Shown here one piece after another: positions 9,732 through 18,674 of a DNA stretch of 64,000 bases. The notes below the pieces were generated by a model. The model did no database searches, was not told where the DNA came from, and saw only the letters and a list, made by a program, of their open reading frames with translations. This stretch comes from a virus (taxonomy: Duplodnaviria; Caudoviricetes): IMG/VR virus record IMGVR_UViG_3300033076_001012, positions 1 through 64,000 of that record; one strand, written 5' to 3'. Position numbers and translations under genes: made by a program. Each line of letters opens with the position of its first letter. Position 1 is the stretch's first letter.

Positions 9732-11051
9732 TTAAATTTTTAGATCATTTATAGATTCAATCCAATGTACATTATCTTTAACATCTTTATCTCTTGATTT
9801 TACCCATTTTTCCTCTTGTGTATTCTTAACATATATATTAATATATAATGCTATCTTACCTTCAACAAGTCTTAAAGAACGTCCTCTACGTTGTATAGAA
9901 GGTCTTAGTTTACCTGTTCCACTATGACATATACCTAAACTACATTCCGGTACATCCATACCTTCATTTAAAGCTTTAACAGCACTTATTATACGTTTAG
10001 AACCTGAAGAAAACTCAGATAAAGAGGTTTTGCGATCATTTTGAGACATTTTAGAATGAAAAACAATACATTCATTACCAACAGCTTGAGCTATTTCATT
10101 AGCTGTTTTTACACTTTCACTAAATACTATACTTCTCCTCTCAGGAAACTTATCTAATATTTGCTTAACTAATGATATTTTATTAAAAGCATTGTAGCAC
10201 AGGTTTTTACGTTCACGCATACATCTCCAAAACTTAGAGGAATATTCAATTTTATCTCTAAATTGGGAAAGTTCCAAATCAGTTAAAGATCTAGTATATT
10301 CAGAACTAATATTTATACCGTTAATTTCACTTCTATAAATAACTCTATTTTCTGGAGTAAAAACACATATATTTTCACCACTTTTTCCTATATTCTTGAA
10401 TCTCAAATATTTAGAAGCATTTGTAAAAGCAACATATTGTCCACCTAACTGTCTTTCATAAAAAGAATAATTACTATTTATTTGATTATAGGACTTTTGT
10501 TCCTCCGATGTAAATTCTACAGGAATATTATAGATTATAAAAGGACTTATTAAACCAAGTTCTAAAGCTCTTTGTGTATTTGTTGTATGAATTATAGGAG
10601 CAACACTTTGCATAAATTGTAAAATAATTTTATCATCTGGAGGAGTAGCTGTTAAACATAATATTCTATCATAAGTATTATTTTTCAAAAAATCACTATA
10701 TTTTGCTCCCTGTATTGACCAATGTGATTCATCAATTACAACAGTATTAAAATGTTTACCAACCCATTTATAAACAGTTTGTATACATTCTATTTGTACT
10801 TTTTCTAATTCTCTAACATATCCCCAAGTAACAAATTGATTTTTCCACTCATTATCTCTAAGATTTTCTGTAGGAACTATTACCAACGAAGTTTCATTAT
10901 TATTTCTTCTGATAAATTCTCCAGCAGCAATAACACCAACTCTTGTTTTACCACAAGAAGTAGCTGCTATCCATGAACCTTTATAATTATTTTCTTTCCA
11001 TTTACTAAGAACAAGATTCTGTTCCTTAGTCTTGTTCTCATGTATTTTCAT
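9732..11051 (-). CDS. superfamily 2 DNA helicase (DExH)
   Basis: ATSCGKT, IDESH, LTAT, EGMDVP, QRRGRSLR. Confidence 0.9.
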   Translation of the reverse strand: MKIHENKTKEQNLVLSKWKENNYKGSWIAATSCGKTRVGVIAAGEFIRRNNNETSLVIVPTENLRDNEWKNQFVTWGYVRELEKVQIECIQTVYKWVGKHFNTVVIDESHWSIQGAKYSDFLKNNTYDRILCLTATPPDDKIILQFMQSVAPIIHTTNTQRALELGLISPFIIYNIPVEFTSEEQKSYNQINSNYSFYERQLGGQYVAFTNASKYLRFKNIGKSGENICVFTPENRVIYRSEINGINISSEYTRSLTDLELSQFRDKIEYSSKFWRCMRERKNLCYNAFNKISLVKQILDKFPERRSIVFSESVKTANEIAQAVGNECIVFHSKMSQNDRKTSLSEFSSGSKRIISAVKALNEGMDVPECSLGICHSGTGKLRPSIQRRGRSLRLVEGKIALYINIYVKNTQEEKWVKSRDKDVKDNVHWIESINDLKI

Positions 11052-11065
11052 AAAAATTAAGTTTA

Positions 11066-11141
11066 AATTAACGATCTACAAATAACCTTAGTAAAACTAC
11101 TTAAATATACACTGTTTTATTAAGGTTATTTGTTGTTAGCA
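11066..11141 (-). repeat. attC-like site A3 (76 bp)
   Basis: Minus strand: TGCTAAC aacaa ATAACCTTAATAAAAC ... GTTTTACTAAGGTTAT ttgtagatc GTTAATT. Confidence 0.75.
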
Positions 11142-11147
11142 ACTGTT

Positions 11148-11645
11148 TTATAATCCTGAATTTTTACTCATTATTCTTGAGTAAAAATCTGCATACATTT
11201 TAAAAAATTTATTTAATTCTGCTTTATTTTCCGTATAAAAATCTATTCTCCAGTCGTCTTCTGTAATTCCTTTTTCATTTACCACGGGTCGTGGTAAATA
11301 GGTTGAACTTGTTTTAATTTTATCAAGCTGATTTACAAGTTTTTGCCATTTATTTCTTGTAAATATGCCAGAAAAACCCGAACTTATTGTTAATAAATCA
11401 ACCTCATCAATAAGTACTTGAAACTTATCAATATTCCACTCTTCTGTCAAAAGATTAGAATTTTTTGTTATTAGCTCTTTGGGAGATACAGTAATAAATT
11501 CTCGAAGTACGGATTTGTTATGTTTGGCAATTGCCCATATCCATTCCAACATTGTCTTTGGTATTGTTAATAGTGCCACTACAATAGATAACACTAATGC
11601 AAAATTATTTGCAAATGTTGTCCATGTAATGCAGATTATTTTCAT
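11148..11645 (-). CDS. cassette membrane protein, paralogue of 14686-15153
   Basis: N-terminal hydrophobic helix; IAKHNKSVLREFITVSPKELITK aligns with INEHNKRLFTDYIKIHPADLLTK. Confidence 0.75.
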   Translation of the reverse strand: MKIICITWTTFANNFALVLSIVVALLTIPKTMLEWIWAIAKHNKSVLREFITVSPKELITKNSNLLTEEWNIDKFQVLIDEVDLLTISSGFSGIFTRNKWQKLVNQLDKIKTSSTYLPRPVVNEKGITEDDWRIDFYTENKAELNKFFKMYADFYSRIMSKNSGL

Positions 11646-11947
11646 AAAACGATTTCTAAAAGAATAAGAATGTATGCAAGATACCTCCTTATTTTTTACG
11701 TTCCTCCTATTAGTTACTCATACATAAATTACTAGTAATTATTCGATTTTCTAAAAATTTCTCTACATTTATTTTAACTATTGTTTTTAGATAATAGCCG
11801 ATTAAAAAGTAGTTAACTTAAATTTTTTAGAGAAATGATTTGGATAATCATGTTTGGATTAATCACTCTTGTTAGAGAACTGACAAATTTGGTTAAAGCT
11901 ATTAAAGAGTAGCTGTGTAGTAGATAAATTTGAGTTTATTTACTTTG

Positions 11948-11976
11948 TCCCCTGTCCACAAGTCAGGGGATTTTTT
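11948..11976 (+). terminator. terminator-like hairpin
   Basis: tcccctg/cagggga stem followed by a T run. Confidence 0.5.
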
Positions 11977-11979
11977 ATT

Positions 11980-11987
11980 TATATTTG
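11980..11987 (+). promoter_or_regulatory. Bacteroidota sigma-A -7 element (TAnnTTTG)
   Basis: TATATTTG upstream of the structured leader and the plus-strand gene at 12216. Confidence 0.6.
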
Positions 11988-12030
11988 TTATAGTATTCAT
12001 ATAGCGTTAGCTATTCTCTTGTGGTTGAAA

Positions 12031-12200
12031 GCTTGGAAATTTTCAAACAGTAAACAAGAAATAGTCCTAATGCTCACGTCAAAGCGTGGGTTTAGGCTTT
12101 TCTATTTACTGTGGGTCTTCCAAGCACCTCAATCTATAGATTAGCATTAAGGCCCACGCTGATTTTTTATAAACTATCTACATAGGGTCTTGGTAGATAC
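12031..12200 (+). ncRNA. candidate structured RNA / 5' leader with possible pseudoknot
   Basis: Nested stems gcttggaa/ttccaagc and acagtaaa/tttactgt, plus crossing pairs taatgct/agcatta and agcgtggg/cccacgct. Confidence 0.4.
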
Positions 12201-12215
12201 AAAAAACCAAACTCT

Positions 12216-12812
12216 ATGAAAAATATTTTCTTTTTATCCTTATTTCTTTATGTTTCATTTATTATTAAATCTCAAGATTTAATAACATTAAAAACAGGTG
12301 AAGAAATTGTTTGTAAAGTAACAGAAATGGGAGTAGATGAAATAAAATATAAAAAACCAGAAAGAGATATAGTATATATAATTAATAAATCAAATGTATT
12401 TATGATTAAATATGAAAACGGAACTAAAGATGTTTTCTCAGATAAAAAAACAGAAACAGTTATTTCATCTACTAACTCAATAGATATGTTTGCTAAAGGT
12501 GAAGCAGATGCTGAAAGATATTACCTTGCGAAAAATACTGGAGCTGTTGGAACATTTATAACTACTATAGCTATGGGTGGATTACCATTTGGTCTTATTC
12601 CTGCAATAGCTTGTTCATCAACCACACCTAAAATGCAGAATTTATATATACCCGATAATACATTATTAAATAATAATCTCTATATGACCGGATATAAAAG
12701 CACCGCACATTCAATAAAAAAACGTAAAATATGGGGTGCTTTTGCTGCTGGAATAGCAGTAAATTTTGCAACTGGTATTATAGCATACAGTATTATAAAA
12801 AATAAAAGATAA
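12216..12812 (+). CDS. Bacteroidota-type exported/membrane protein (moron-like)
   Basis: Signal peptide; SQDLITLKTGEEIVCKV...IKYENG..DVF domain; C-terminal hydrophobic helices; opposite strand to all neighbours. Confidence 0.75.
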   Translation: MKNIFFLSLFLYVSFIIKSQDLITLKTGEEIVCKVTEMGVDEIKYKKPERDIVYIINKSNVFMIKYENGTKDVFSDKKTETVISSTNSIDMFAKGEADAERYYLAKNTGAVGTFITTIAMGGLPFGLIPAIACSSTTPKMQNLYIPDNTLLNNNLYMTGYKSTAHSIKKRKIWGAFAAGIAVNFATGIIAYSIIKNKR

Positions 12813-13072
12813 CTGAATTACTCTATAATCTCTGTTCTATCTACCTTTAATAAATGTTTAATATTTTAATAAAGAAGGGAGATTTTCTTTTAAAATTAGA
12901 TGTGAAGAATTTTTGGATTGAACTTGCAAAAGAAATCCTAAAATTTAGCCACACAAAATCTCAAGTGAAGTTGAAGTAGTAGTCTACTTATTAAACAAAG
13001 TACAAGTATCCTGTGTTATTAAATTAGCACAAGTTTTTTTATTTAATCTCCATATTTTCTACAAGAAGTCAG

Positions 13073-13090
13073 CATAAAATAGTTGCTAAT
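13073..13090 (-). repeat. bare cassette core plus leader (ATTAGCAACTATTTTATG), attC lost
   Basis: 17/18 identical to the leaders at 13578-13595 and 13991-14008. Confidence 0.65.
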
Positions 13091-13094
13091 GATC

Positions 13095-13580
13095 TTATTT
13101 TCTCAACCATATAGACTTGTCCATACTCCAGTGAATAAAATAATACATTATTTTAAATATTTTACTTGTTAATTTTATTCTTTTCTCATTATCATAATAA
13201 AAATCCATAAAAGGATCGTCCATTGGTATTATAATAACATTACCATCACATTGTCTTAATGTTTTATTTAAGTCTAATGAATGAATCCCTTTTAAATTTT
13301 TTATTAAATAATATATTACTATTTGCATAGGTAAACTAACAAGTCCAATAAAAAACCTGTTATTAACTGTCATTTTATATGTCTTTATTAATGCTTGTAT
13401 TAATAGTTGTTTGTCAACATCTAATTCAGAATAAATTTCAGGTCTATAGATACCTATGCAATCTCTATATTTGATTGCATTTATATACATAAGTCTTAAA
13501 AATAATGTTGAGAATAAACCAATAGTCCATTCCCAATGTTTTATAAATAAAAAGTCTATTAATGAAGTTGAACTATTCAT
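13095..13580 (-). CDS. cassette membrane protein, paralogue of 14099-14581
   Basis: Two hydrophobic segments; IKYRDCIGIYRPEIY, FIGLVSLPMQI and YYFIHWS align with 14099-14581. Confidence 0.75.
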   Translation of the reverse strand: MNSSTSLIDFLFIKHWEWTIGLFSTLFLRLMYINAIKYRDCIGIYRPEIYSELDVDKQLLIQALIKTYKMTVNNRFFIGLVSLPMQIVIYYLIKNLKGIHSLDLNKTLRQCDGNVIIIPMDDPFMDFYYDNEKRIKLTSKIFKIMYYFIHWSMDKSIWLRK

Positions 13581-13595
13581 AAAATAGTTGCTAAC
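13578..13595 (-). repeat. bare cassette core plus leader (GTTAGCAACTATTTTATG), attC lost
   Basis: Identical to the 18-nt leader at 13991-14008, with no palindrome upstream. Confidence 0.7.
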
Positions 13596-13630
13596 TAGTT
13601 ATTAATGAATAAAAGCATAAATACATTTAT

Positions 13631-13993
13631 TCAAAATATCTTACTTTTATTTTTTATAAAATTATCAAGTTTAATTTTAACATCTTTAATTTTTAAAATT
13701 TCATCATTAGAATATCTTTCAGGATTTGACCATGCTTGTGCTTTATTTAAAAGCAAATACCCTAATTCATTATCTGGATAATAACTGTATATAATAGATC
13801 CAGCATCTGCCCATAATTTAGCAATGTTTATATTTGAAGTAATTACTTCTCCATTATTAGCCAATACTCTTTCAGTCTCAATAATAGCTTTAAATATGGA
13901 ATCACAAATAACTCTTCTTTTTTCAGAATTCATCATTTTATCTTTAATTAATAATATTATAAGATTAAGTATAGTCTCTCTAAACTCTTTCAT
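13631..13993 (-). CDS. cassette hypothetical protein (start reassigned to MKEFRET)
   Basis: The ORF-track extension to 14071 runs through the attC site; ATG at 13993 follows the cassette leader. Confidence 0.7.
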   Translation of the reverse strand: MKEFRETILNLIILLIKDKMMNSEKRRVICDSIFKAIIETERVLANNGEVITSNINIAKLWADAGSIIYSYYPDNELGYLLLNKAQAWSNPERYSNDEILKIKDVKIKLDNFIKNKSKIF

Positions 13994-14001
13994 AAAATAG
14001 T

Positions 14002-14093
14002 TGCTAACGGTTTGCAGATAAAATAAGTTGCCACACAAGTTAACAATAATGAGTATTGTCCAATGTGGCAATTTATTTTATGTGCTGTTATAG
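14002..14093 (-). repeat. attC-like site A2 (92 bp)
   Basis: Minus strand: CTATAAC agcac ATAAAATAAATTGCCACA ... TGTGGCAACTTATTTTAT ctgcaaacc GTTAGCA. Confidence 0.85.
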
Positions 14094-14098
14094 CCAGT

Positions 14099-14581
14099 TT
14101 ATGTCCTCCGCTTATCAAATATATGATATATAGATCCTTTACTTGTCCAATGTATTAACCTATAAAATAAAGGGAAAAAGAAATTGAATATTTTAAATTC
14201 TTTTTCATATTTATAATAATAGTCCTCACTTGACATTTGAGAGTCTATCAAAGTTTCCCCTATGCTTTTTCTGTAATAAAGTTTGCTTAAACTAAACCAC
14301 ATTATTATACTTATGGGTAAAGTAAATATACCAATAGGAAAAGCTAAGTGTCTACCCATATCAATAAAACCATTTATTACTTTAATATAATTTTCTCTGT
14401 CCCAATTTATTTGTCTACTGTCTGTAAGAGTGTCTATATGGTAAATGTCCTCATACCAAACACCTATGTATTTTTTATACTTTAAGTAATTCCAAAACAT
14501 ATTTGTTGTTAAAATTGTAAATAATGTAGTTATAACCCAAATAGGATATTTGTCATAAAAGTCTATGATAAAGTCTTTCAT
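14099..14581 (-). CDS. cassette membrane protein
   Basis: Bounded by GTTATAGCCA and TGGCTATAAC; two transmembrane-like segments. Confidence 0.8.
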   Translation of the reverse strand: MKDFIIDFYDKYPIWVITTLFTILTTNMFWNYLKYKKYIGVWYEDIYHIDTLTDSRQINWDRENYIKVINGFIDMGRHLAFPIGIFTLPISIIMWFSLSKLYYRKSIGETLIDSQMSSEDYYYKYEKEFKIFNFFFPLFYRLIHWTSKGSIYHIFDKRRT

Positions 14582-14588
14582 AAATTGG

Positions 14589-14680
14589 CTATAACGGTTT
14601 GCCGACTTGCCCAGTGCCGCATAACATAGTGTTAAAATTTATCTGTCAATATGCGGCATTGGGTAAGACCGCTGTTAGCA
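14589..14680 (-). repeat. attC-like site A1 (92 bp)
   Basis: Minus strand: TGCTAAC agcgg TCTTACCCAATGCCGCATA ... TATGCGGCACTGGGCAAGT cggcaaacc GTTATAG. Confidence 0.85.
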
Positions 14681-14685
14681 GTTGT

Positions 14686-15153
14686 TTATGTCCACCACCA
14701 AAATACACCATCTTTCCACTTAACAAAGTCCCACAAAGCATTACTTAATCTGTCTATTTGCTTAATGTCCCCTGTTTCATCTTTAAAACTAGTCTTTGGA
14801 TCTGTTGTCCACCAATTTGAATCTAAATTATCTCTTATTTCCTTGACTTCTTGCCCAATTTTTAGTAATTTACTATAATAGTAATTAGCAAAGTAAATTC
14901 CTCTTGCTTTAATTTCTTGTTGTCTACAATACTCAAGATTGTCAAGAAGCTCAACTACTTTTTCAAAATTATATTTGTCGTCAGAGAAATTTATAAAAAG
15001 TCCACGCTTTGTTAAGAGGTCTGCTGGATGTATTTTTATATAGTCCGTAAAAAGTCTTTTGTTATGTTCATTTATTGTCATTAAAATTTTAATTATAGGA
15101 ACAGTCCCAATAAGTCCTGATATTATTACCCAATGTTTTATGATAAATTGCAT
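14686..15153 (-). CDS. cassette membrane protein
   Basis: Bounded by GTTAGCAGTT and AACTGCTAAC; N-terminal transmembrane helix. Confidence 0.8.
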   Translation of the reverse strand: MQFIIKHWVIISGLIGTVPIIKILMTINEHNKRLFTDYIKIHPADLLTKRGLFINFSDDKYNFEKVVELLDNLEYCRQQEIKARGIYFANYYYSKLLKIGQEVKEIRDNLDSNWWTTDPKTSFKDETGDIKQIDRLSNALWDFVKWKDGVFWWWT

Positions 15154-15171
15154 GATAAATAACTGCTAACT

Positions 15172-15208
15172 AATATATAAGTAAAGTTTTTAATTTTACT
15201 TATATATT
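15172..15208. terminator. 14-bp perfect AT hairpin between the polB stop and the first cassette core
   Basis: aatatataagtaaa/tttacttatatatt with a 9-nt loop. Confidence 0.5.
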
Positions 15209-15209
15209 G

Positions 15210-16004
15210 TTAAAATAAAGACATTTGTCCTACTTTCTCTATATCATTTATCCACTTTCTTGCCTCAGATATATAATAAGAGTAATCTATATCATATTCA
15301 TTAAAATCATTAACATAAAAATACTTATTGAAGTAAGTAACTTTCCAATCTTTTCTATTTTTTTCAGGGGCTTCAACATGGGAAATTGTTCCATCCTCGT
15401 ATATTTTATATAGCCAATATCCTTTATTAGATATGTAATATCTAACTGTCTTAGATAATTTTTCTTTAAACAATTGTCCATTTTTAATAGAATGTAATTC
15501 ATATCTTGATGCACCCTTTACTCCTGACTTTTTAGCTCTAACACCTGCACAAAAATCATAAATATTTTGATGATTTTTAATAGTATCTTCTATATTTTTG
15601 TTGTTAACAAAATATTCATATACTGCCAATGGTATTATAGCATGAGATTTATTTTTATGTAAAGGTATATCCTTAAATTCAAATTTACCTTTAGTTTTTG
15701 TTTTACCATTTGTATATATTGCAATATAGTTATTGCAATCTGCTATTATCATTTTCTGATAATCTACAAACTCCATTTCTATTTTATACAATTTTTCATA
15801 TTTCTTACATATAGAATAATATAATTCTTCATACTTTTTAGGTATAAGAACTTCACCACCATCAGTATTTAACATTATAAGTTTACTATCAGGTATGGAT
15901 TCTAATATATCTTCAAAAACCATTGATAATAATAGCTGACCATTTATACATATAGCAAGTGTAACTTTTCTATCTTTTAAAAAACTATATTTATCATTAC
16001 TTAA
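15210..16004 (-). CDS. polB: family B DNA polymerase, exon 2
   Basis: Resumes LSNDKYSFLKDRKVTLAICINGQLLLSMVFE after the intron; contains motif C LNTDGG and DCNNY; 795 nt in frame. Confidence 0.9.
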   Translation of the reverse strand, partial: LSNDKYSFLKDRKVTLAICINGQLLLSMVFEDILESIPDSKLIMLNTDGGEVLIPKKYEELYYSICKKYEKLYKIEMEFVDYQKMIIADCNNYIAIYTNGKTKTKGKFEFKDIPLHKNKSHAIIPLAVYEYFVNNKNIEDTIKNHQNIYDFCAGVRAKKSGVKGASRYELHSIKNGQLFKEKLSKTVRYYISNKGYWLYKIYEDGTISHVEAPEKNRKDWKVTYFNKYFYVNDFNEYDIDYSYYISEARKWINDIEKVGQMSLF

Positions 16005-17141
16005 CGTTTTGTTATCTATAAGGCTTTTTATCCCTATATTCTTTAAATTTTATTCTCTAAAGTCCAGCATATATTTTCATCCATAAACGGATGGTGGATA
16101 CTCGTGATTGGATTATATTTATTCACCAACTATGCGTTACACTACTTTTAAACCTTTCGCAATTTTAAAAGTTAGCACGGTATTAGCATTTCAGCCTTCA
16201 CCGTTTTTACCCACTAATAATCTTAAACATTACTATTTAAGACGGCTCAAAATATTTAAAAACTAAACCTTTATACGGTTTACTATTTCTACAAGATTGA
16301 AAAATATTAGGAAGTTTTAATTCTTTTCCAGATTTACTTCTAAATAAAGAAGTATTGTTCCATATTTCAGAGTTTTCTGTTTTTGATAATCTAACTATTT
16401 CTTGTGCATCTGAATACACTCCCAAAAGTATGTTGTTATGATATACAGAAATTTTTTTCCTAAGTTCTTTAAAGCGAGATCTTCTTTTCAAAAGACCTGT
16501 TTCTGACATAATTCTATCAGCATTTTTTAATTTTTCAATATGTTCATTACTCAATTTCTTACCTTTATTCCAAGGAACAGATTTCATATAATGATTTACT
16601 ATATTTATATACTTTTTTGGTATATCTTGATATAATATATCATTATTTTTTAATCTATAATAATAAGAAATTGCAGTGTTTATAGTTTCTTTAAATGTTT
16701 TAGATCTTCTGCTAAAAACTTCTTTATTTGTAATAATTGGAGGTCTAAAGGAATATATATTTATATTATAACCTCTTTTGTTAAAAGGTTTATAAATATC
16801 AAAAGCTCTTTGTTCCCATTTTAAAACATTATCACATACTAACATTATTCTAAAATAAAATTTATCTGCTCCATATTTATTATACGCATTTTGTAAATAT
16901 TTATTTTCGTGAGAATTCTTTTTTAAACCATTAATGTGAAACATTAATCTATTTTTAAAAGATTTGTTAGTAGATCCTATATAAACTTTTTTAGTAATGG
17001 TATTTACTATTGCATAAACACCTTTTTTGTTTAGTTTTTCTAAATCTCTAATGTAAATTGTCATATTAAATATATTAAGATTGTACTCAATACATCTAAG
17101 ATAAGTATTTTTGCTTAGAAATCCAAATATTTTTTTAGTTA
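16005..17141 (-). ncRNA. group I self-splicing intron in polB
   Basis: The 5' exon ends in U (TATGGT) and the intron ends in G (aacaaaacG). Core elements AAACGGTGAAGGC...GCTAATACCGTG and P7-like GCATA/TATGC lie downstream of the endonuclease ORF. Removal restores KILLNSSYG-LSND. Confidence 0.85.
16237..17064 (-). CDS. GIY-YIG homing endonuclease (intron-encoded)
   Basis: GVYAIVNTITKKVYIGST, R...H, and a NUMOD-like PWNKGKKLS..HIEKL segment. Confidence 0.9.
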   Translation of the reverse strand: MTIYIRDLEKLNKKGVYAIVNTITKKVYIGSTNKSFKNRLMFHINGLKKNSHENKYLQNAYNKYGADKFYFRIMLVCDNVLKWEQRAFDIYKPFNKRGYNINIYSFRPPIITNKEVFSRRSKTFKETINTAISYYYRLKNNDILYQDIPKKYINIVNHYMKSVPWNKGKKLSNEHIEKLKNADRIMSETGLLKRRSRFKELRKKISVYHNNILLGVYSDAQEIVRLSKTENSEIWNNTSLFRSKSGKELKLPNIFQSCRNSKPYKGLVFKYFEPS

Positions 17142-18239
17142 ACCATAACTACTATTAAGCAAAATTTTTAAAATATAATTTCTTGGATCAGATTTTGGTA
17201 TAGACTTTCTTTCATTAAAGAATCCTTCATATAAATTTAAAAAAACATCCTTTGGTAAATGTTCTGCACAAATATTATTTCTTATAGCAAGATTTGGATA
17301 CCATGATACAAAATCTAAAGATTTTATAATATATTTTTCATCACTTTCAATAATTGCATTATTTGGTGAAGCATGTACACCGCCCAAACCATAAACTATA
17401 TCTATACCTGAATGTTTTATTATAAATTCAGGTTTACTTGTTTCAGTTATTATCAAATCTTCATAAGATTTTTTGAGAAGTTGAAATTTTTGAGTTTTAA
17501 AATTAACATATGGAAATATTATATCTTTTACACTAACAATATCTCTTTTAGTACCCATACTTCTTAGATCAGATTCACTTATACCCATAGCTCTACTAAG
17601 ATATTTACTAAATAATCTTTTCGCTAAATCAGGTTCTGTACAATTCAATAAGTTTATACCTTCTCTATCTGTTAATTTCTTTCTAAGATCTATTTCATGG
17701 TAATACTTTTGATAAAGACTTTTTGTAGCTAAAACATCATTTAAATTGTAAGATAAAACCATTTCTTCCCAATTATCACCTTCTCCCTGAGATGGTATAT
17801 CCTCAATATTTGGAAAATCCGTTTGAAATTCACACCATTTTAATCCAACTCTTTTAGCCTTAGTACTTAAACTCAAAGCTCTAAATAAGTCTAAATGTGG
17901 TATTTTAAGTTTCCATTCAGGAACATCTGATTTTCTATCCTCTGAAGTTATAATTTGAGCGTAATTTCTTATTTCTTCAACCGTACATTTAGGATAACGA
18001 AACATATATTCTAATATTTGAGAATCAAAGTGTAAACAATTATAACCTATTAGTCCAGAAACTTCATTTTCTAAAAATGTAAACATTTCTAATCTTTCAT
18101 CTTTTAATGAACTAATCACAAATATCTTTTTATCATCACTATCTCTATCTACAAAAGTAGCTGTAAAAATATTCAATGTTTCTAAATCATATATCCAAAC
18201 CTTTTTATACATTTTTTTTAATTTAGTTATATTTTTCAT
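17142..18239 (-). CDS. polB: family B DNA polymerase, exon 1 (3'-5' exonuclease plus palm motifs A and B)
   Basis: YDLE, GYNCLHFD, YNLNDV, YGLGGVH, DFVSWYPN, KILLNSSYG. Confidence 0.9.
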
Positions 18240-18286
18240 TAAGTAAACATACGCTTATCACCTGTTATGTACAATAAAATGCGCCA

Positions 18287-18544
18287 TCAGGTTGAGTGCT
18301 TCTTAAATGTAATTTTTCCATTTTGGCAATTCAAATCTGCATTACAATCGGGGCATTTTGCATCAAAATTTGGTGCTATAACAAGTTGAAGCGTTACTGC
18401 TGTAAATGATATTACCATTCCAATTAGCAATAATGCGAAATGCGTGTTGTTGTGCCAAGTATCTGTAATGTTAAACCAAATCAATATTTGTCCTAAAATT
18501 GCCAAAATGTAAAATCGGTATCCCCAAAGTTTTTTCATATTCAT
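18287..18544 (-). CDS. cassette membrane protein with C-terminal CxxC...C
   Basis: Two transmembrane-like segments plus CPDC; flanked by a long inverted repeat GTTATGTA..AAAATGCGCCA. Confidence 0.65.
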   Translation of the reverse strand: MNMKKLWGYRFYILAILGQILIWFNITDTWHNNTHFALLLIGMVISFTAVTLQLVIAPNFDAKCPDCNADLNCQNGKITFKKHST

Positions 18545-18573
18545 TAAGTTTTAGTTTGGCGCATTTTACTGAT

Positions 18574-18659
18574 ACATAACAGCACCCTTGCGCAATTAGG
18601 TTGCTGTTAATATTTTTATGGATGCAACCTAACTATCGCAAGGCCGCAACCCGTTATGC
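18574..18659 (+). repeat. attC-like site B1 (86 bp)
   Basis: ACATAAC agcac CCTTGCG..TTAGGTTGC ... GCAACCTAA..CGCAAGG ccgcaaccc GTTATGC. Confidence 0.85.
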
Positions 18660-18674
18660 GGCATTAAAACGACC

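Larger units (their letters stand above)
11066..15170 (-). mobile_element. integron-like gene-cassette array 1 (CALIN-like, no integrase), minus polarity
   Basis: Three complete attC-like sites plus bare core sites. Read on the minus strand, cassette ends are self-complementary: GTTAGCAGTT(15170)...AACTGCTAAC and GTTATAGCCA(14595)...TGGCTATAAC. Confidence 0.8.

Noticed and set aside
13994-14071. N-terminal extensions of ORFs 13631-14071 and 19198-19587
   Set aside because: They run through attC arms. Better starts with AT-rich leaders exist at 13993 and 19515.
15170-18266. polB lying in the loop of one giant attC site (left arm at 18245-18263, right arm near 15171-15185)
   Set aside because: Only 5 nt (ATAAG/CTTAT) can pair, at the wrong spacing (6 rather than 9 nt). 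This is within chance in AT-rich DNA.
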